This document shows, in pieces, positions 43,772 to 56,474 of a stretch of 64,000 bases of DNA. Location: contig NC_083288.1 of assembly GCF_963506605.1 (NCBI RefSeq), forward strand, positions 30,194,001 to 30,258,000. The letters run 5' to 3'. Every line of letters starts with the position of its first letter. Position 1 is the stretch's first letter. The position numbers were made by a program, and so were the translations under genes. The DNA is from Zootoca vivipara (taxonomy: Eukaryota). A model generated the notes under the pieces. That model saw only the letters and a list, made by a program, of their open reading frames with translations, had not been told where the DNA came from and did not search any database.

Positions 43772-46700
43772 ATGCTGTCATTGTTGCTGTGGCTACTGAT
43801 GTTAACACTGGTGTTTCTTCCCCAAATTGAGAGCAAGGCACATCCACCTACTTGCAGTGTGAACGATCCCCTACAGATCCCGCATGAGTATTATGAGCAA
43901 GGTGACCTCATCATTGGCAGTATTTTTTCTCAGTTCTTCTCTTTCTTTAATACTATAACCTTTGATGAACACCCCAATGCAATGTTTGTTGGAGAATCTC
44001 TGTAAGTATCTTTTTCCATGAGATGTCCATAAGCAGGTCATAATGAATATTTAAAAAATTATAATTCCTAATGGTAGATAATGGGTTGTATCCAAAGCTA
44101 GTCCTTCTTGACACAGACCCACTGAAAGCAATGAATCTAAGTCATATTCCTTAATTTCAGTGGGACTAGCCCTGGATAGAGCTCTGTGTATGCCATTATT
44201 ATTTGAGGTTAATAGAAAATGTATTTGCACACCCTTGATCTACCCTACATTTTGCCTTTCCCTCTTCTGCTAGATCTACAGTCCCCTGGTCTGTCACTTG
44301 AATACCTCCCCATGCAAGATTGTATGTGTGATTATTTCCATATGATTTTGAAGCATTTAATGGTGTGGTAATGTACAGTAAGTGCCATTTCAGACATTAC
44401 TGCCTTGAAGTGGCAATGCAAGCAGACTGGAGCCACACATTTAGCCCCTCAGGGGGCTGCAAATTATCTTGCTCCTACATGTGATGACAATGAACTTCTG
44501 CAGCAGGAAGCCTTTTGTATACATTGAGGCTCCATGAGTGATTCAGATCCCTAGAAGATCTGGGTTCTCAATCACATGGGATTTGCACAGATACAAATGG
44601 CTACCCACCACAGAAATTCACTCGCATCATTTTCTTCAGTGGAACATTTGGGCCAAGACAAAACAGATGACCCTACAGGTTTCTTCTGTGCCATGTTTCC
44701 TGTTCAAGTCATTAATGCCTGCAGACTTCTATGTAAGAACAATGTACAGGTGAAATTCGGAAAATTAGAATATTGTTGAAAGGTGCATTTATTTCAGTAA
44801 TGCAACTTTTTATTTTTTATTTTTATTTAAATTTTTACAAATGCTTTCTTTTGGAAATTCCACAGTAATAAAACAAATAGTTACAATAATACAAAAATAA
44901 ACATCGCTATTACATTTTATTAATTACATTCCATTTATAATTGACCTGCCTAACAACAAATAATTACAATTACAACAAATAAAGGCTTGACATATCTTGC
45001 TTTGCATGTCAAGCATCTATCTCATATTTTGGTTTCACCTTTTAAATTGTGTTACTGAAATAAATGCACTTTTCGATGGTATTCTAATTTTTCGAGTTTC
45101 ACCTGTAGACTTGACAAGTAGTACATGAGGTCTAAAAAATTTATGGGTTACAACCTGTACTCTCATTTCAGTGTGGTGACAAAATACTACCAGTATGTCC
45201 GGGCCTTCGTGTATGCAGTTAAGGAGATCAATAAGGACCCCAGGATTTTACCAAATGCTACATTGGGATTCCACATCTATGACAGCTACTTCAACGAAAA
45301 GTTGACATATCAAACCACTCTAAACCTTCTTTTTAGCCAGAAAAGGACAGTCCCCAACTACAAGTGTGACACACAGAAGAATCTGATAGCAGCCATTGGA
45401 GGACTCGATGCTGAAACCTCCTTTTACATGGCTACCATCTTAGGCATCTATAAGATCCCGCAGGTAGGGTGTTTCTATGAGACATGTGGATTTCAAACAC
45501 CTGACATGCATCCCTTCCTTGTATTCTTAGAACTGGAACAAACATATTTAAGTATGTGAAGGAGAAAGGTAGAGAAGCTATGAATGCAATGGCAACACAG
45601 CCCTTGCTTCTTTGTGGAGAAAACCTGCTTTTAAAAAATAATATTAACAAAGCGCTTTATATCATACAATATAAAGCGGATTGTGGTAGGGCTGCTAGGA
45701 AATTTAGCTCAGGGTTTGGTCAGTGTAAGGCCCCAGGTCATGCTGAGTAATGGGGGTGTGCGTATGCAAATCCCAAGGATTTAATTGGTTGAGGGGGGCC
45801 CCTTTTAAAGCCTTGTCCTCCATTTTAGAGTCACATTTTGCCTTGGCGTTTGAATCCCCTCCCACCCGCCCCTTTTTTCTTGCAGGTTAGCACGACATTG
45901 CTATTGCCTTCGGGGCCGCCTGTATTCAGGGGTCAGTAGGAATTTTTCCAATTGGCTGATTGGCTTTGCCTCTTGGTTTTCGCCTACTGCACTAGCAAAT
46001 TGTCACAACTTGTTAGGTTGGCGGTTAGGCTTTGGGTTGGTTAATCGGTTGGTAGAGGGGTGTGGCACACAGATGCCTACCCCCACCTCCGTTTGCTCCA
46101 TATAGAAGTATTCCGTTAAAGGAATCTCGGGGCTTACGCTCTTGTCCTTACCATCCCGCCATTGGCGGGGATGGTGGGCCCAATTATAAGAGTAAGAGCC
46201 TTGGGGAACATTCTTGGGTAAAGAGAGGAGGGAATGACTGGGCTCAGCCACCTCCTCTCTCCCAGGTATGTTTACTTGACTTCCCTTCAGGAAGTCGGAG
46301 CAGGAACTGTCCAAGCGGACAGTGGTGAGTCCTGTCCTATGGTGACAGCTGATGTGAGTCCTGCCCCAACTGGGCAGATGAGGTGAGTCCTGTCCAAAGG
46401 GGACAGCTGATTGAGTCCTGTCCTAAATGGACAGATGGGGATAGTCCTTCTTAAGGAAGGATGAGTGAATAACCAAAAGCCTAAGCCACACTCGGATTAA
46501 AATTGGTGTATTTAACAAAGTTGTGGCCCTAAATTATTTGCCAAAAACCAAACCATAATTCTGTTGTCAGTTGTGAGTTATTTAAGGTAATTTCTGGTAA
46601 GCCTCGACACACAATAGCTCTTACCATCATGAATTTTCCTTTACTGGCATAAAAAAGTGCATTATATACATGGATCAGAGCACAACACAGTTAACAAAAC

Positions 46701-49700
46701 ATAACAGAGATGCTTTAGGATAAAACTGTCCAGACATCATGAGGTACGAAGATGGATCTAAAGACCTATGGTGACATAATTTCATAGAGCCACTCAAAAA
46801 TCTTGCTGCATTCTCCACAACATCATTACTAGAATTGTTTAGCAGATTAGACACCCTGGAAGAGTGAGCACAATAAATCCCTTCCTTCAATAAGGGGGGC
46901 AAATACTTATCATCTATTTCTGCATAAAATGGGCAATAAAATAAAACGTGTGTGATGGATTCAACCTGCTTTGTGCCACAAGGGCAATATCTTTCAGAGT
47001 ACAGTATGGGATTTTCAAGAATGTACCTTGCAAAACTGCAAATGGTAAGATGTTAAATCTTGTGAGGGAAAGAGCTCTGCGTAGGTGGGGATCGTAAAGT
47101 TGGTGTAAATATGGAGTATCCTGGCCAAATGAGGGTTGAATTCCCAACCCCAATGGGGAACAGGGTTTTTTGGCTGCACTGCAAAGGGTTTGGAATTCAA
47201 TCTCTAGGATTCTGCAGTTGATTGTCTGGAATATTTTTTATCCTCTATTTTTTGGCATAAAAGATTCTAGTCTTTACCACTACATACATAATCATTTCTT
47301 GAAATTTTAAAGGCTAATCTCTTGCATAAATACTTTTGACTGCATATCTTATACTGTAAATCTCTGTTCAACGTTTGACAAACTTTTTGCTCTTGCATAG
47401 GTCTCTTATTATTTATTTGGTCCTTCTCGGAGTTCTAAGACCCAGTTCCCTTTCATGTACCGGGTGGTCCCCAATGAAGAGTATCAATACATTGGAATTG
47501 TCCAATTACTTCTTCATTTTGAGTGGACGTGGGTTGGGATCATAACAGAAGATAATGATAAAGGAGAAAATTTTGTGGGAAGCTTGATGCCAAGATTTTC
47601 ACAAAGGGGCATCTGTGCAGCATTCACTGACAAGATGCCTGCTCTGTCGGATTTCTCTGAAATATTTGAAGGGTACATGAAGGCAGAGAGTATGCTTCAT
47701 CTTTTCAAGAACAACACAGTCAAAGCACTTGTTGTATTCGCAGAAACTCATTCTACAATGATTTTGAAATATTTTCTAGTACAAGCAGGAGATATGGCAG
47801 ACACTCAAGGAAGAATGTGGATTCTGACAGCCCAATGGGACTTCCCAGCAGTGCAGTTTCAAAGGAATTGGGATATACAAGTCTTCCAGGGAGCCTTGTC
47901 TTTTGGAGTCCACTCCACTGAAGTACAGGAATTCAAAACTTTCCTTCTGACCTTAAATCCCTACTCAGCCAATGGAGACAAGTTCATCCAAGAATTCTGG
48001 GCACAAGCTTTTGACTGTGTATTTTTAGATTCTCCTGTGGCTGGAGAGAACGATGGGACCTGCACTGGGATGGAAAAGCTGGAGAGTCTTTCTGGACCAT
48101 TTTTTGAAATGAACATGACTCCCCAAAGCTACAGTATATACAATGCTGTTTATGTCATAGCACATGCTTTAAACACCATGTACTCATTGAAGTCCAAGCC
48201 TAGAGTGGTCGCAACACTTCCAAACCTTCAACCATGGCAGGTACAACCTCTTTAACCAAAACATCTTGACAGATTTGAATAGAAAATCCACATCATACCC
48301 TCTTGTTTAAATATTGTGATAACTGACTATCCACTATCCAGTAATTAACAATGCTACTTCTACCTTGTCAGCTTTTTACACTGCTAACCATAGGAGTCCA
48401 TGTTTTCCCCATCTTGTCAAGGATTAGGGATAGTCATACCATGTATGATAGAACTCTTTCTTCATTTTCACATGGGCAATCTTTTCCTGCTTCTGGAAAT
48501 AAAATGCATTCTCACCTTTCTTTTATCACATTCCAACTTCCTTTTCAATAGCTTCTCCTGCTCCCCTTACTTGGATCTGGTGCAGGTATAATGTTTGATC
48601 CCCCAAAACCATTATTTGCAAGTTAGGAAGCAGCATTTGGAACCTTTGGCACCCATTTCTCCTCCCCGCATCCTTCTGCATACCACGTAACATTCACTTT
48701 CATTCTATATCTCAGTCATACATGTTTCACACTAAGCAGGAGTCCTTCCTGCTCAACCACACAAGCGATTACCCCAGAGCCAGTAGTAACAACAAAACTG
48801 ATCACCAACCATAACATAAGACACAAACAAGGTAGAGAGAGCACAAGAATTTAAATCCCCATCATTCATCCTGCAATGTAGAGGAGAGGAGAATCACGTT
48901 TACTAGCAGCCACTAGCAGACTAGAGTAAGATTTGTAAAATGATATACTGCTCTACCTCCTATAATTTTGTAAAAATGTGTTTTTGTCTCTGCAACTGTA
49001 GATTCACCCCTTCCTGAAGAGAATCTCATTTAACAACAGTGCTGGGGACCAATTGTCTTTGGATGCGAAAGGTGAACTAGAAAGTGGATTTGATATTATA
49101 AATTGGGTTACTTTCCCTAACAAATCCTTTTCAAGGGTGAAAGTGGGAAGGATGGATCCATGGGCTTTTTCAGGCAGAGAGTTCATGATTAGTGAGGAGA
49201 TCATCACTTGGCACAGCAAGTTTAAGCAGGTATGCTCTGATTAATGGTTATCAGTGGATAACCTGTTAACCATTCATGTACATCTGAGAAGTTTCTATTA
49301 TTATTATTATTTGAATATTATATTTTGATGGCCTATAAAAGACATGAGTGGGATTAATATCAGGGCTATGAAGGCCTCCTCTCTGAGCCATGTAAATCAG
49401 AGAAGTCATTTTCCAGAAATTATGAACCTGTCCTGCATGCAAAGTGCTCTTTCCCATATCTGTGATGTCATTAGTTAAATCTGAATCATCCCTTGGGAAC
49501 AACATGTATTCAACCTTTACCCCCTTGTGTTTATGAATAGATGTCACCCTCTTCAGTGTGCAATGACAGATGCAGCCCAGGTTCTATTAGGAAAAAGAAA
49601 GATGGGGAACCATTCTGTTGCTATGATTGCGATCCATGTCCAGAAGAGATGATTTCTGTGGCCTTGGGTAGGTGACATGGCACGTGAGCATGTTAAAACA

Positions 49701-50605
49701 TTAACACATAAAGTAGGCATGGTTCAGACTGCATCATCACTTCCAAAGCAATCTAAATTATTTCAGAGATTCTTTGTAAAAAAAAAAAAAACCAAGAGGA
49801 GTTAACATTTATTTATTGTGCTTTCAGGATAGCAAGCAGCACCTATATGCCCTTGCATTAGGTCACCTTATATGTCCTCTAATGGGAAATATTATTAATT
49901 CTGGCAGGTGTGGGCTCCCACACAGAAGTAATTGAAAGAGAATTATTTCTGAGTAGACATGCAAAGAATTGCAATCTAAATTGCAAGATAAACTAATGCA
50001 GGATAAACCAATGCAGGATAAACCAAACATTGAACCTGTGTCTTTCTGCGTGACAAGAATAAAGTTCTACCAGTGAGCATACCTAGTGTGAAGCTAATCA
50101 TCAAAGCATAATCTAGTCCAGGGTTTCTCAAACTTGGGTTTCCAGCCATTTTTGGACTACTTGTTGTTTAGTCGTTTAGTCGTGTCCGACTCTTCGTGAC
50201 CCCATGGACCATAGCACGCCAGTCACTCCTGTCTTCCACTGCCTCCTGCAGTGGACTAAAATACCCATCAACCGGAGCTAGCTGGAGCAGTGGTTGGGAA
50301 ACCCTGGTCTGGACATAACAAGCTTTTCAACTTTAAACATCTCCATTGATGTATAACTCCTCAAACAAGAAACTGATTGTGTCTGTAAACTGTAGCTATT
50401 GAAGCAACAGGGGTGAATATTGAGCCATTGCACCTGATAGCTCCCTCAGGCTTCCGTTTCTCCTAATGCCTTACATGCTACAGTCAGCAATCCGAAAACC
50501 ACTTACTGAGAAATACATGCCATTGAACTCAATGGAACAGTTCTGAGCAGAATTAAATAGGATGGAAGTATAGATAGATGGTGATAAATGATAGATAGAT
50601 GATAG

Positions 50606-50668
<63 letters not shown>

Positions 50669-51661
50669 TGATAGAGATGATAGAGATGATAGAGATGATA
50701 GACTGTAGATAGTCCCTCACTTGTTTGGGAAAGGGAGGTATCATCATTTCCTTTTTCAGACATGGACAAGTGCATCAGATGCCCAGCAGATCAGTATCCA
50801 AATAAACACCAAGATGGATGCCTTCCCAAGATTTTAAACTTTCTGGCTTATGAGGAAGCATTGAGCATCACTTTAGCTTTCTTGGCACTTTCGTTTTCTG
50901 TGATCACAGCTTTGGTACTCAGAATATTCATGAAATACAAAAACACTCCCATTGTCAAAGCCAACAATCGAAGTCTCACCTACACTCTGCTGGTCGCTCT
51001 CCTGCTCTGCTTCCTCTGTTCCTTGCTGTTCATTGGGAGGCCTCAGAGAGCAACCTGCCTGCTACGACAAACAACCTTTGGCATCATCTTCTCCGTGGCT
51101 GTTTCTTCTGTCTTGGCAAAAACGACCACTGTGGTTCTGGCATTCATGGCTACAAGGCCAGGATCCAGAGTAAGGAACTGGGTGGGGAGAAAACTGGCAA
51201 CTGCCATTGTTCTCTCCTGTTCTCTCATGCAAGGAGCTATTTGTACTGTATGGCTCTGTACTGCTCCTCCTTTCCCAGATTTGGACATGGATTCTTTGTC
51301 TAAAGAATTTGTGATTGAATGTAACGAAGGGTCTGCCTCTATGTTTTATGGTGTTCTGGGATACATGGGATTCCTGGCTCTTGTCAGCTTTGCTGTGGCT
51401 TTCTTTGCTAGGACATTGCCCAGCACTTTTAATGAGGCCAAGTTCATCACTTTCAGCATGTTGGTGTTTTGCAGTGTCTGGGTCTCTTTTGTTCCAACTT
51501 ACCTGAGCACAAAGGGAAAATACATGGTGGTGGTTGAGATCTTCTCCATCTTGGCCTCAAGTGTTGGATTGTTGGGATGTATCTTCTTTCCCAAATGTTA
51601 TATAATTGCTCTAAGGCCTGAGTTGAACAGCAAGGAGCACTTAACAAGGAGAAATAACTAA
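43772..51661 (+). CDS. V2R gene E, complete, 872 aa. Exons: 43772-44001, 45172-45463, 47401-48240, 49002-49229, 49541-49667, 50760-51661
   Basis: Exon lengths 230/292/840/228/127/902 sum to 2619 nt, all GT-AG, open frame with V2R motifs. Divergently oriented to gene D. Confidence 0.93.
44747..45105. mobile_element. Tc1-like MITE in V2R-E intron 1
   Basis: Long TIRs caggtgaaa.tcg.aaaattagaata..gtgcatttatttcagtaa, TA TSD. Confidence 0.88.
45680..46610 (+). mobile_element. Ngaro/DIRS-like non-coding element in V2R-E intron 2
   Basis: Homologous to 26207-26860, aaagttgtggcc end motif, contains a periodic hairpin array. Boundaries approximate. Confidence 0.5.
46640..47240 (-). mobile_element. 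RTE-X-like LINE 3' fragment
   Basis: [41 protein letters not shown], same family type as 25440-25781. Confidence 0.6.
50119..50306. mobile_element. hAT-Charlie-like MITE containing a ~90-bp BovB 3' end (50161-50251, minus)
   Basis: TIRs cagggtttctcaaac and gttgggaaaccctg with decayed NTCTAGAN-like flanks. BovB tail flanked by a tggacta duplication. Confidence 0.8.
50570..50701. repeat. Compound (GATA)n/(GA)n microsatellite upstream of V2R-E exon 6
   Basis: Directly visible. Confidence 0.95.
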
Positions 51662-53038
51662 GTCATTTGATGGCCACACGTTCCTTCATAGGCTGAAATT
51701 TTGTGGAGTCAATGGGATTCCTTTCACAAGCACTAGAAACAGGTCAGCAATACAAAGGGCTTCAGGGGTTGGCTTAAACTGCTGTTGTTATATGCCTATT
51801 ACGGGTTAAGGCAGATTAGGAGCCATCATAGGCTTAATAAATATAATATATGAACTATATATGAAAGGTGCAAAGAAATCAAGAAATCCCTCCAAAGTCC
51901 AATCAGTGCAGTCCCTTAGATTCCTACCCCCACCCTAAAGCAGTGGATGGGATCCTATGCCCCTCCTGATGTTTCTGGACTACAGTTTCCATTAACCCTA
52001 ACCTACCGGTAACAACTGGCCATTCTGGGTGGGGCTGATGAGATATCATGTCCAATAACATCTGAAGGGCAGAGGTTCTCCACCCCTGCCCTAGAGGGAT
52101 GCAATTCTCCTATTGTTGACTAGCAGGAACTTTAAAGAGATGTGTACTGATTTTGTCCAAAAACCAGGGTGTGTATTTGTTGCCACAAAGACTTACCACA
52201 AAAGTTATATGGAGATCACTGATATGTTATTTCTGATTCTAGCAACTCTTATGGCCTATTCCCAAATGACCTGTGTCACCCTGTTTCCTGCAATAGATCA
52301 GAGCATATAGTTGCAGGTGTGTTTTACTTCAGAAGTTGCCCATCTACTACTGTCTTTTAAGACAGTATTTCCAGTTCAAATTCTCAGAAGTAATGTGTGC
52401 TCCTGACTATTGGAATTAAGCTATCTTTGTTGCACACAATTTCCCTTGGGCATGCTTTGCTGGAATATTTACCTAGCCTGGTGTACAAATGATTGGGGAC
52501 TGAGACCTGAAGGAGGCAGAAGCAGAGCAGCCTTGTGAGCAATTTAACAATATTCTTCTGTATCAAGATCATTTCCAGGATGGGGATTCAGAACGGATTA
52601 CAGTCTGCAGTGGAATAAAATAAACTGCACTGAACAGTAAGATTACAATGAATGCATGGTAGATAAAAAGCTTGATTCATTTTCTCTAGCACATAATAAT
52701 ATTTCATACATTTCTCAATTGTCAAAAAGACACAATTGATTCACATTCCAGTTTTAAAGATGAGGCACCTGAGGTTGACAGATAATGAGTTTCCCCATAG
52801 CCATTGTGTGAGTCTTTAAGCTCAAGACTGAATTTGGCTTCTCCTCGGTCCAAGCGAAATGTTTACTTCAGAGATGCATTTTTCTCTAAATGATTCCACC
52901 ATCAAGCACTGACTTGCCATATTTCAATTTTTAAAAAAACAAAAAAACCTTGTTTTAAAGCTTCAGCTTTTACTGACAGTTTCAATGTATTTTTATTATT
53001 CTTTGCATGTGCTTAGAGGTTTTATTTACAATTAAGCA

Positions 53039-53120
53039 TGTGTGTGTGTGTGTGCCTGTGTGTGTGTGTGCCTGTGTGTGTGTGTGTTTGTGTGTGTGTG
53101 CGTGTGCGTGTGTGCACGCG
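53039..53120. repeat. (TG)n microsatellite
   Basis: Directly visible. Confidence 0.95.
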
Positions 53121-54628
53121 TACACATTCATGTGTGTGCATTGTTAAAAAATAAGTCACAGTTCAAACACTAGAAACAGAACAATTGAACCTCCAGATGT
53201 ATGGGCAGTATACTGCTTAATAACAAATGCTGGTAGCATAGAGCACCAGCTGTATCACATCCTGTATGAATATCTGGCTGGCTGGGAACAGTAGGCGACT
53301 TAATGTTGAACGAAAGCACAACTAACTCAACTTTTCATCTTGCTGCTTTCATAATCCAAGGAGACTTTGGAATGCTTGCCTATGATCCATTTTTGTGAAG
53401 AAGAAAAAAGGATTAATTACTGCTGCATATTGGTCTTTCACACAAAAGGTTATACCGTTTTACAATGTCACCTCAAATTGTTTTCTATCTGCAGAAGGGG
53501 GAGCTGTGACACTGCAGATGTTGCTGAACTACAGCTTTCATCATTCCTGAGCTTTGACCATCATGAGGCTGATGTGAGTTGGAGTCCAATAACATTTGCA
53601 GTGTCACAGGTTCCCCATCCCTGTTCTAAATTCAAGCATTTGAATTTAACTGAGCTATGGATCATGCGAATGGATTAGAAGACCTATTGCAAGAAATTAG
53701 ATAGCAGCATACAGACACCGAAATGAAAGGTCTTCTTCCTTCTTCCTTTTTCTTTCTTTTTTTGTTTGTTAACTTGGGTATTCAGAGAAAGCTGCAGTTA
53801 ATTTGCTTTTGACAAACTTGCAGTAGCCTTAGCAGCAAACTTCACAATGCTTCATTTTTAAATCAGAGAGAGGAAACAGACTGCATAATGAAGTCATCCT
53901 TGAAAAGTCAAGCTGCTCGGGAAAGCAGGATAAGAGGCCATGTTGCAACAGAATATTATGCTACTGCCGTTGGATAAAAGGATAGTGCATGCCACAAAAA
54001 GTGGTGCAGAAATATATTTAGAGAAATTCTGCAATGAAGCCTTCTAGGGGATGCAACAGGTTGCATGTCAGGTGTGGTGGGATGGGAGCAATTGCAGAAA
54101 GTGGGAGAGCATTCAAAGAACACTTTCCAAAATACGTTTTTGGAAGATAAAAAGAAAAAGATTATTGTTCTCAGAAATTTTCTCATTAAGAAATATGTCT
54201 TCGGGGAGATTTTAGGCAAAATCTTCCATCCGTGACTGTTCTTGTCCCGCTTCTGAACTTCTACTCCTTAAATGCCCTTTAATTTCCCAAGAAGAAATAT
54301 AGCCCCTTTCTTCCACAAACCCTCAGACTGGATCAGATATTCCTATGCTACTGAGATTTATTTGAGGCTTCTGGAAGGAAGTGTTCCATTTATTCATGGA
54401 GCACTAAAGAAATAAAAGAGCTAAGAGTTTAGGATGGGGAGATGCGGCAGAGTTGAGAAAGGTAAAAGAGAATTGAAATCAGCCTCAAGGCTCCTGTGTA
54501 TTAGCTAATCAGAGCTGTAGTGCACTGAAAGTACATGTAATTGTGTGGCTAAGCCCTACATTTCAGATCTCAAATTTGGAAGGAAAAACAAAATAGCTGA
54601 AAAATGTTACATCCATGTTTCTTCACAG

Positions 54629-55570
54629 ATGACACTGCCACCACAGATGCTTCTGAATGAAACAACCGTCACAGAATTTATCCTCCTAGGACTCTCTAAC
54701 AACCCTGAGGCCCAGATCATTCTCTTTGGCTTCTTTCTTGTAATTTATCTGGTGGCTCTTATTGGAAACATTTTAATTTTTCTCATAATCAGTTTGGACA
54801 ACAGACTTCACAACCCCATGTATTTCTTTCTGGCCAATCTTTCTGTAGTGGACATTGGGTACACAACCTCCACAGTCCCTAAGATGCTGATGAATTACCT
54901 CTCTCAGGACAAGAGTATTTCCCTAGCTGGCTGCTTCTCTCAGATGTACTTCTTCATCTCCTTTGGTGGCATCGAGTGCCTTCTGCTGGGTGTCATGGCA
55001 TATGACCGCTACGCAGCCATTTGCCACCCACTGCACTATAGTGTGCTCATGAGCCCAAAAGTGTGTGCCTGGCTCGCAGCAGCTGCTTGGATCCTTGGCT
55101 TGTCTAACTCAGGTGTGCACTCGGGCCTGATGTCCCATTTGTCCTTCTGTCGGGACAATGTCATCCAGCACTTTTTCTGTGACATCCCACCCCTATTCCA
55201 GCTCTCCTGTTCTGACACTCAGGTCAATCAGATCGCTACTTTTGTGGTGGGTGGAGGTGTGATCATGGGTTCCTTCCTGGTTACTCTGGTGTCTTATGTC
55301 TACATAGTCTTGACGATCCTAAGGATCCGCACCAAAGAAGGGCGGCTCAAGACATTTTCCACCTGTGCTTCACACCTGACTGTAGTCAGCATTTATTTTG
55401 GTACCATCATCTTCACATACATACGTCCCAACTCCACTTACTCCCAGGAGCAGGACCGGGCATTGCCTGTGCTCTATGGGATCCTCACACCAATGCTTAA
55501 TCCAATCATCTACAGCTTGAGAAACAAGAATGTGCAAGGGGCATTCCGAAAAGTCATGCAAAGGACTTGA
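54629..55570 (+). CDS. Olfactory receptor, class II (gamma), intact single-exon CDS, 313 aa (alternative start 54647)
   Basis: Motifs LHNPMYFFLANLS, MAYDRYAAICHPLHY, HFFCDIPP, KTFSTCASHL, PMLNPIIYSLRN. N-glycosylation site NET. Polypyrimidine/AG acceptor immediately before the ATG. Confidence 0.95.
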   Translation: MTLPPQMLLNETTVTEFILLGLSNNPEAQIILFGFFLVIYLVALIGNILIFLIISLDNRLHNPMYFFLANLSVVDIGYTTSTVPKMLMNYLSQDKSISLAGCFSQMYFFISFGGIECLLLGVMAYDRYAAICHPLHYSVLMSPKVCAWLAAAAWILGLSNSGVHSGLMSHLSFCRDNVIQHFFCDIPPLFQLSCSDTQVNQIATFVVGGGVIMGSFLVTLVSYVYIVLTILRIRTKEGRLKTFSTCASHLTVVSIYFGTIIFTYIRPNSTYSQEQDRALPVLYGILTPMLNPIIYSLRNKNVQGAFRKVMQRT

Positions 55571-56410
55571 TAGAAGAAGGCGCTGAATTTTCAGAACCCA
55601 CATGACTGTCAGTTTCCCATGCTTTTTCCCCCCTCTTTAGATAGGCCTTCCTTACACTTCATGACAAAAATAAATAAATGAGAAGCTCTGTTTTGCTTGG
55701 AATGCCAATGACTGGGCACATTAAAATGTTAAGCAATATTTACAGTGTTCATATCTAGTGTTGTCAGTGACTAAAGCAGAGAAGCCAATTAAAAATGTGA
55801 AAGTCTAATTTGCTCTTGGCTCATTCCATACGAAATGCACACTAGCCTCTCTTTGTGAATAATGGCTAGTGTGTAGACAGGTATGTGCACCCATGCAACT
55901 TACATCAAGGATGAACAAGAGAGAAAGAGAATATGGAAAGATGAATGATGCCGTAAGGATTTTTTTAAAAGATAGTTATCAATTTTAAGCAGATGTGAAT
56001 GGGTATGGCCCAGCCAAAGTTAGCTACTTTAACACCCTACGGGTGTGAATAGGAAACTCAGATCTCTTGCTTAATTTTTCCCCTTTGAAATCAATATAAC
56101 TTGCATGCTCCTCCAAAAATTCCAAATGTCTTTGTAAAGGGCCCCTGAAGAGCTCCCTAGAGCATTCCTGTAATATTCTGCCAGCTTTTCTTTTTGATAT
56201 GTTCTCATAATATAATGGGAAATCAAGTGGACTTTCCACAACAAAAACATGCTTAGATTCAAGCTTTAATTTAAACAACTCTCTCATCCAGGCATGGTGA
56301 GAATGCTTGCTTTCAAATCCAAATGCCTTTCCCCCCCTTTTATTTATGTGTTATTTAGCAGAATTTGTATACTACCTAATACCTCTAAGGGGTTTACAAA
56401 AACTGCTGAG

Positions 56411-56412
<2 letters not shown>

Positions 56413-56473
<61 letters not shown>
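56413..56473. repeat. (TA)n microsatellite
   Basis: Directly visible. Confidence 0.95.

Positions 56474-56474
<1 letters not shown>

Noticed and set aside
46278-46461. CRISPR-like appearance of the palindromic repeat array
   Set aside because: The variable parts are 4-7 nt loops, not ~30-nt spacers. Vertebrate context with no cas genes.
54545-54628. 28-codon N-terminal extension of the first OR
   Set aside because: Starts at a non-ATG codon and lies upstream of a clear splice acceptor.
56145-56168. CUGAAGA followed by a GCUC/GAGC stem (hammerhead-like)
   Set aside because: No GAAA, stem III or NUH site follows.
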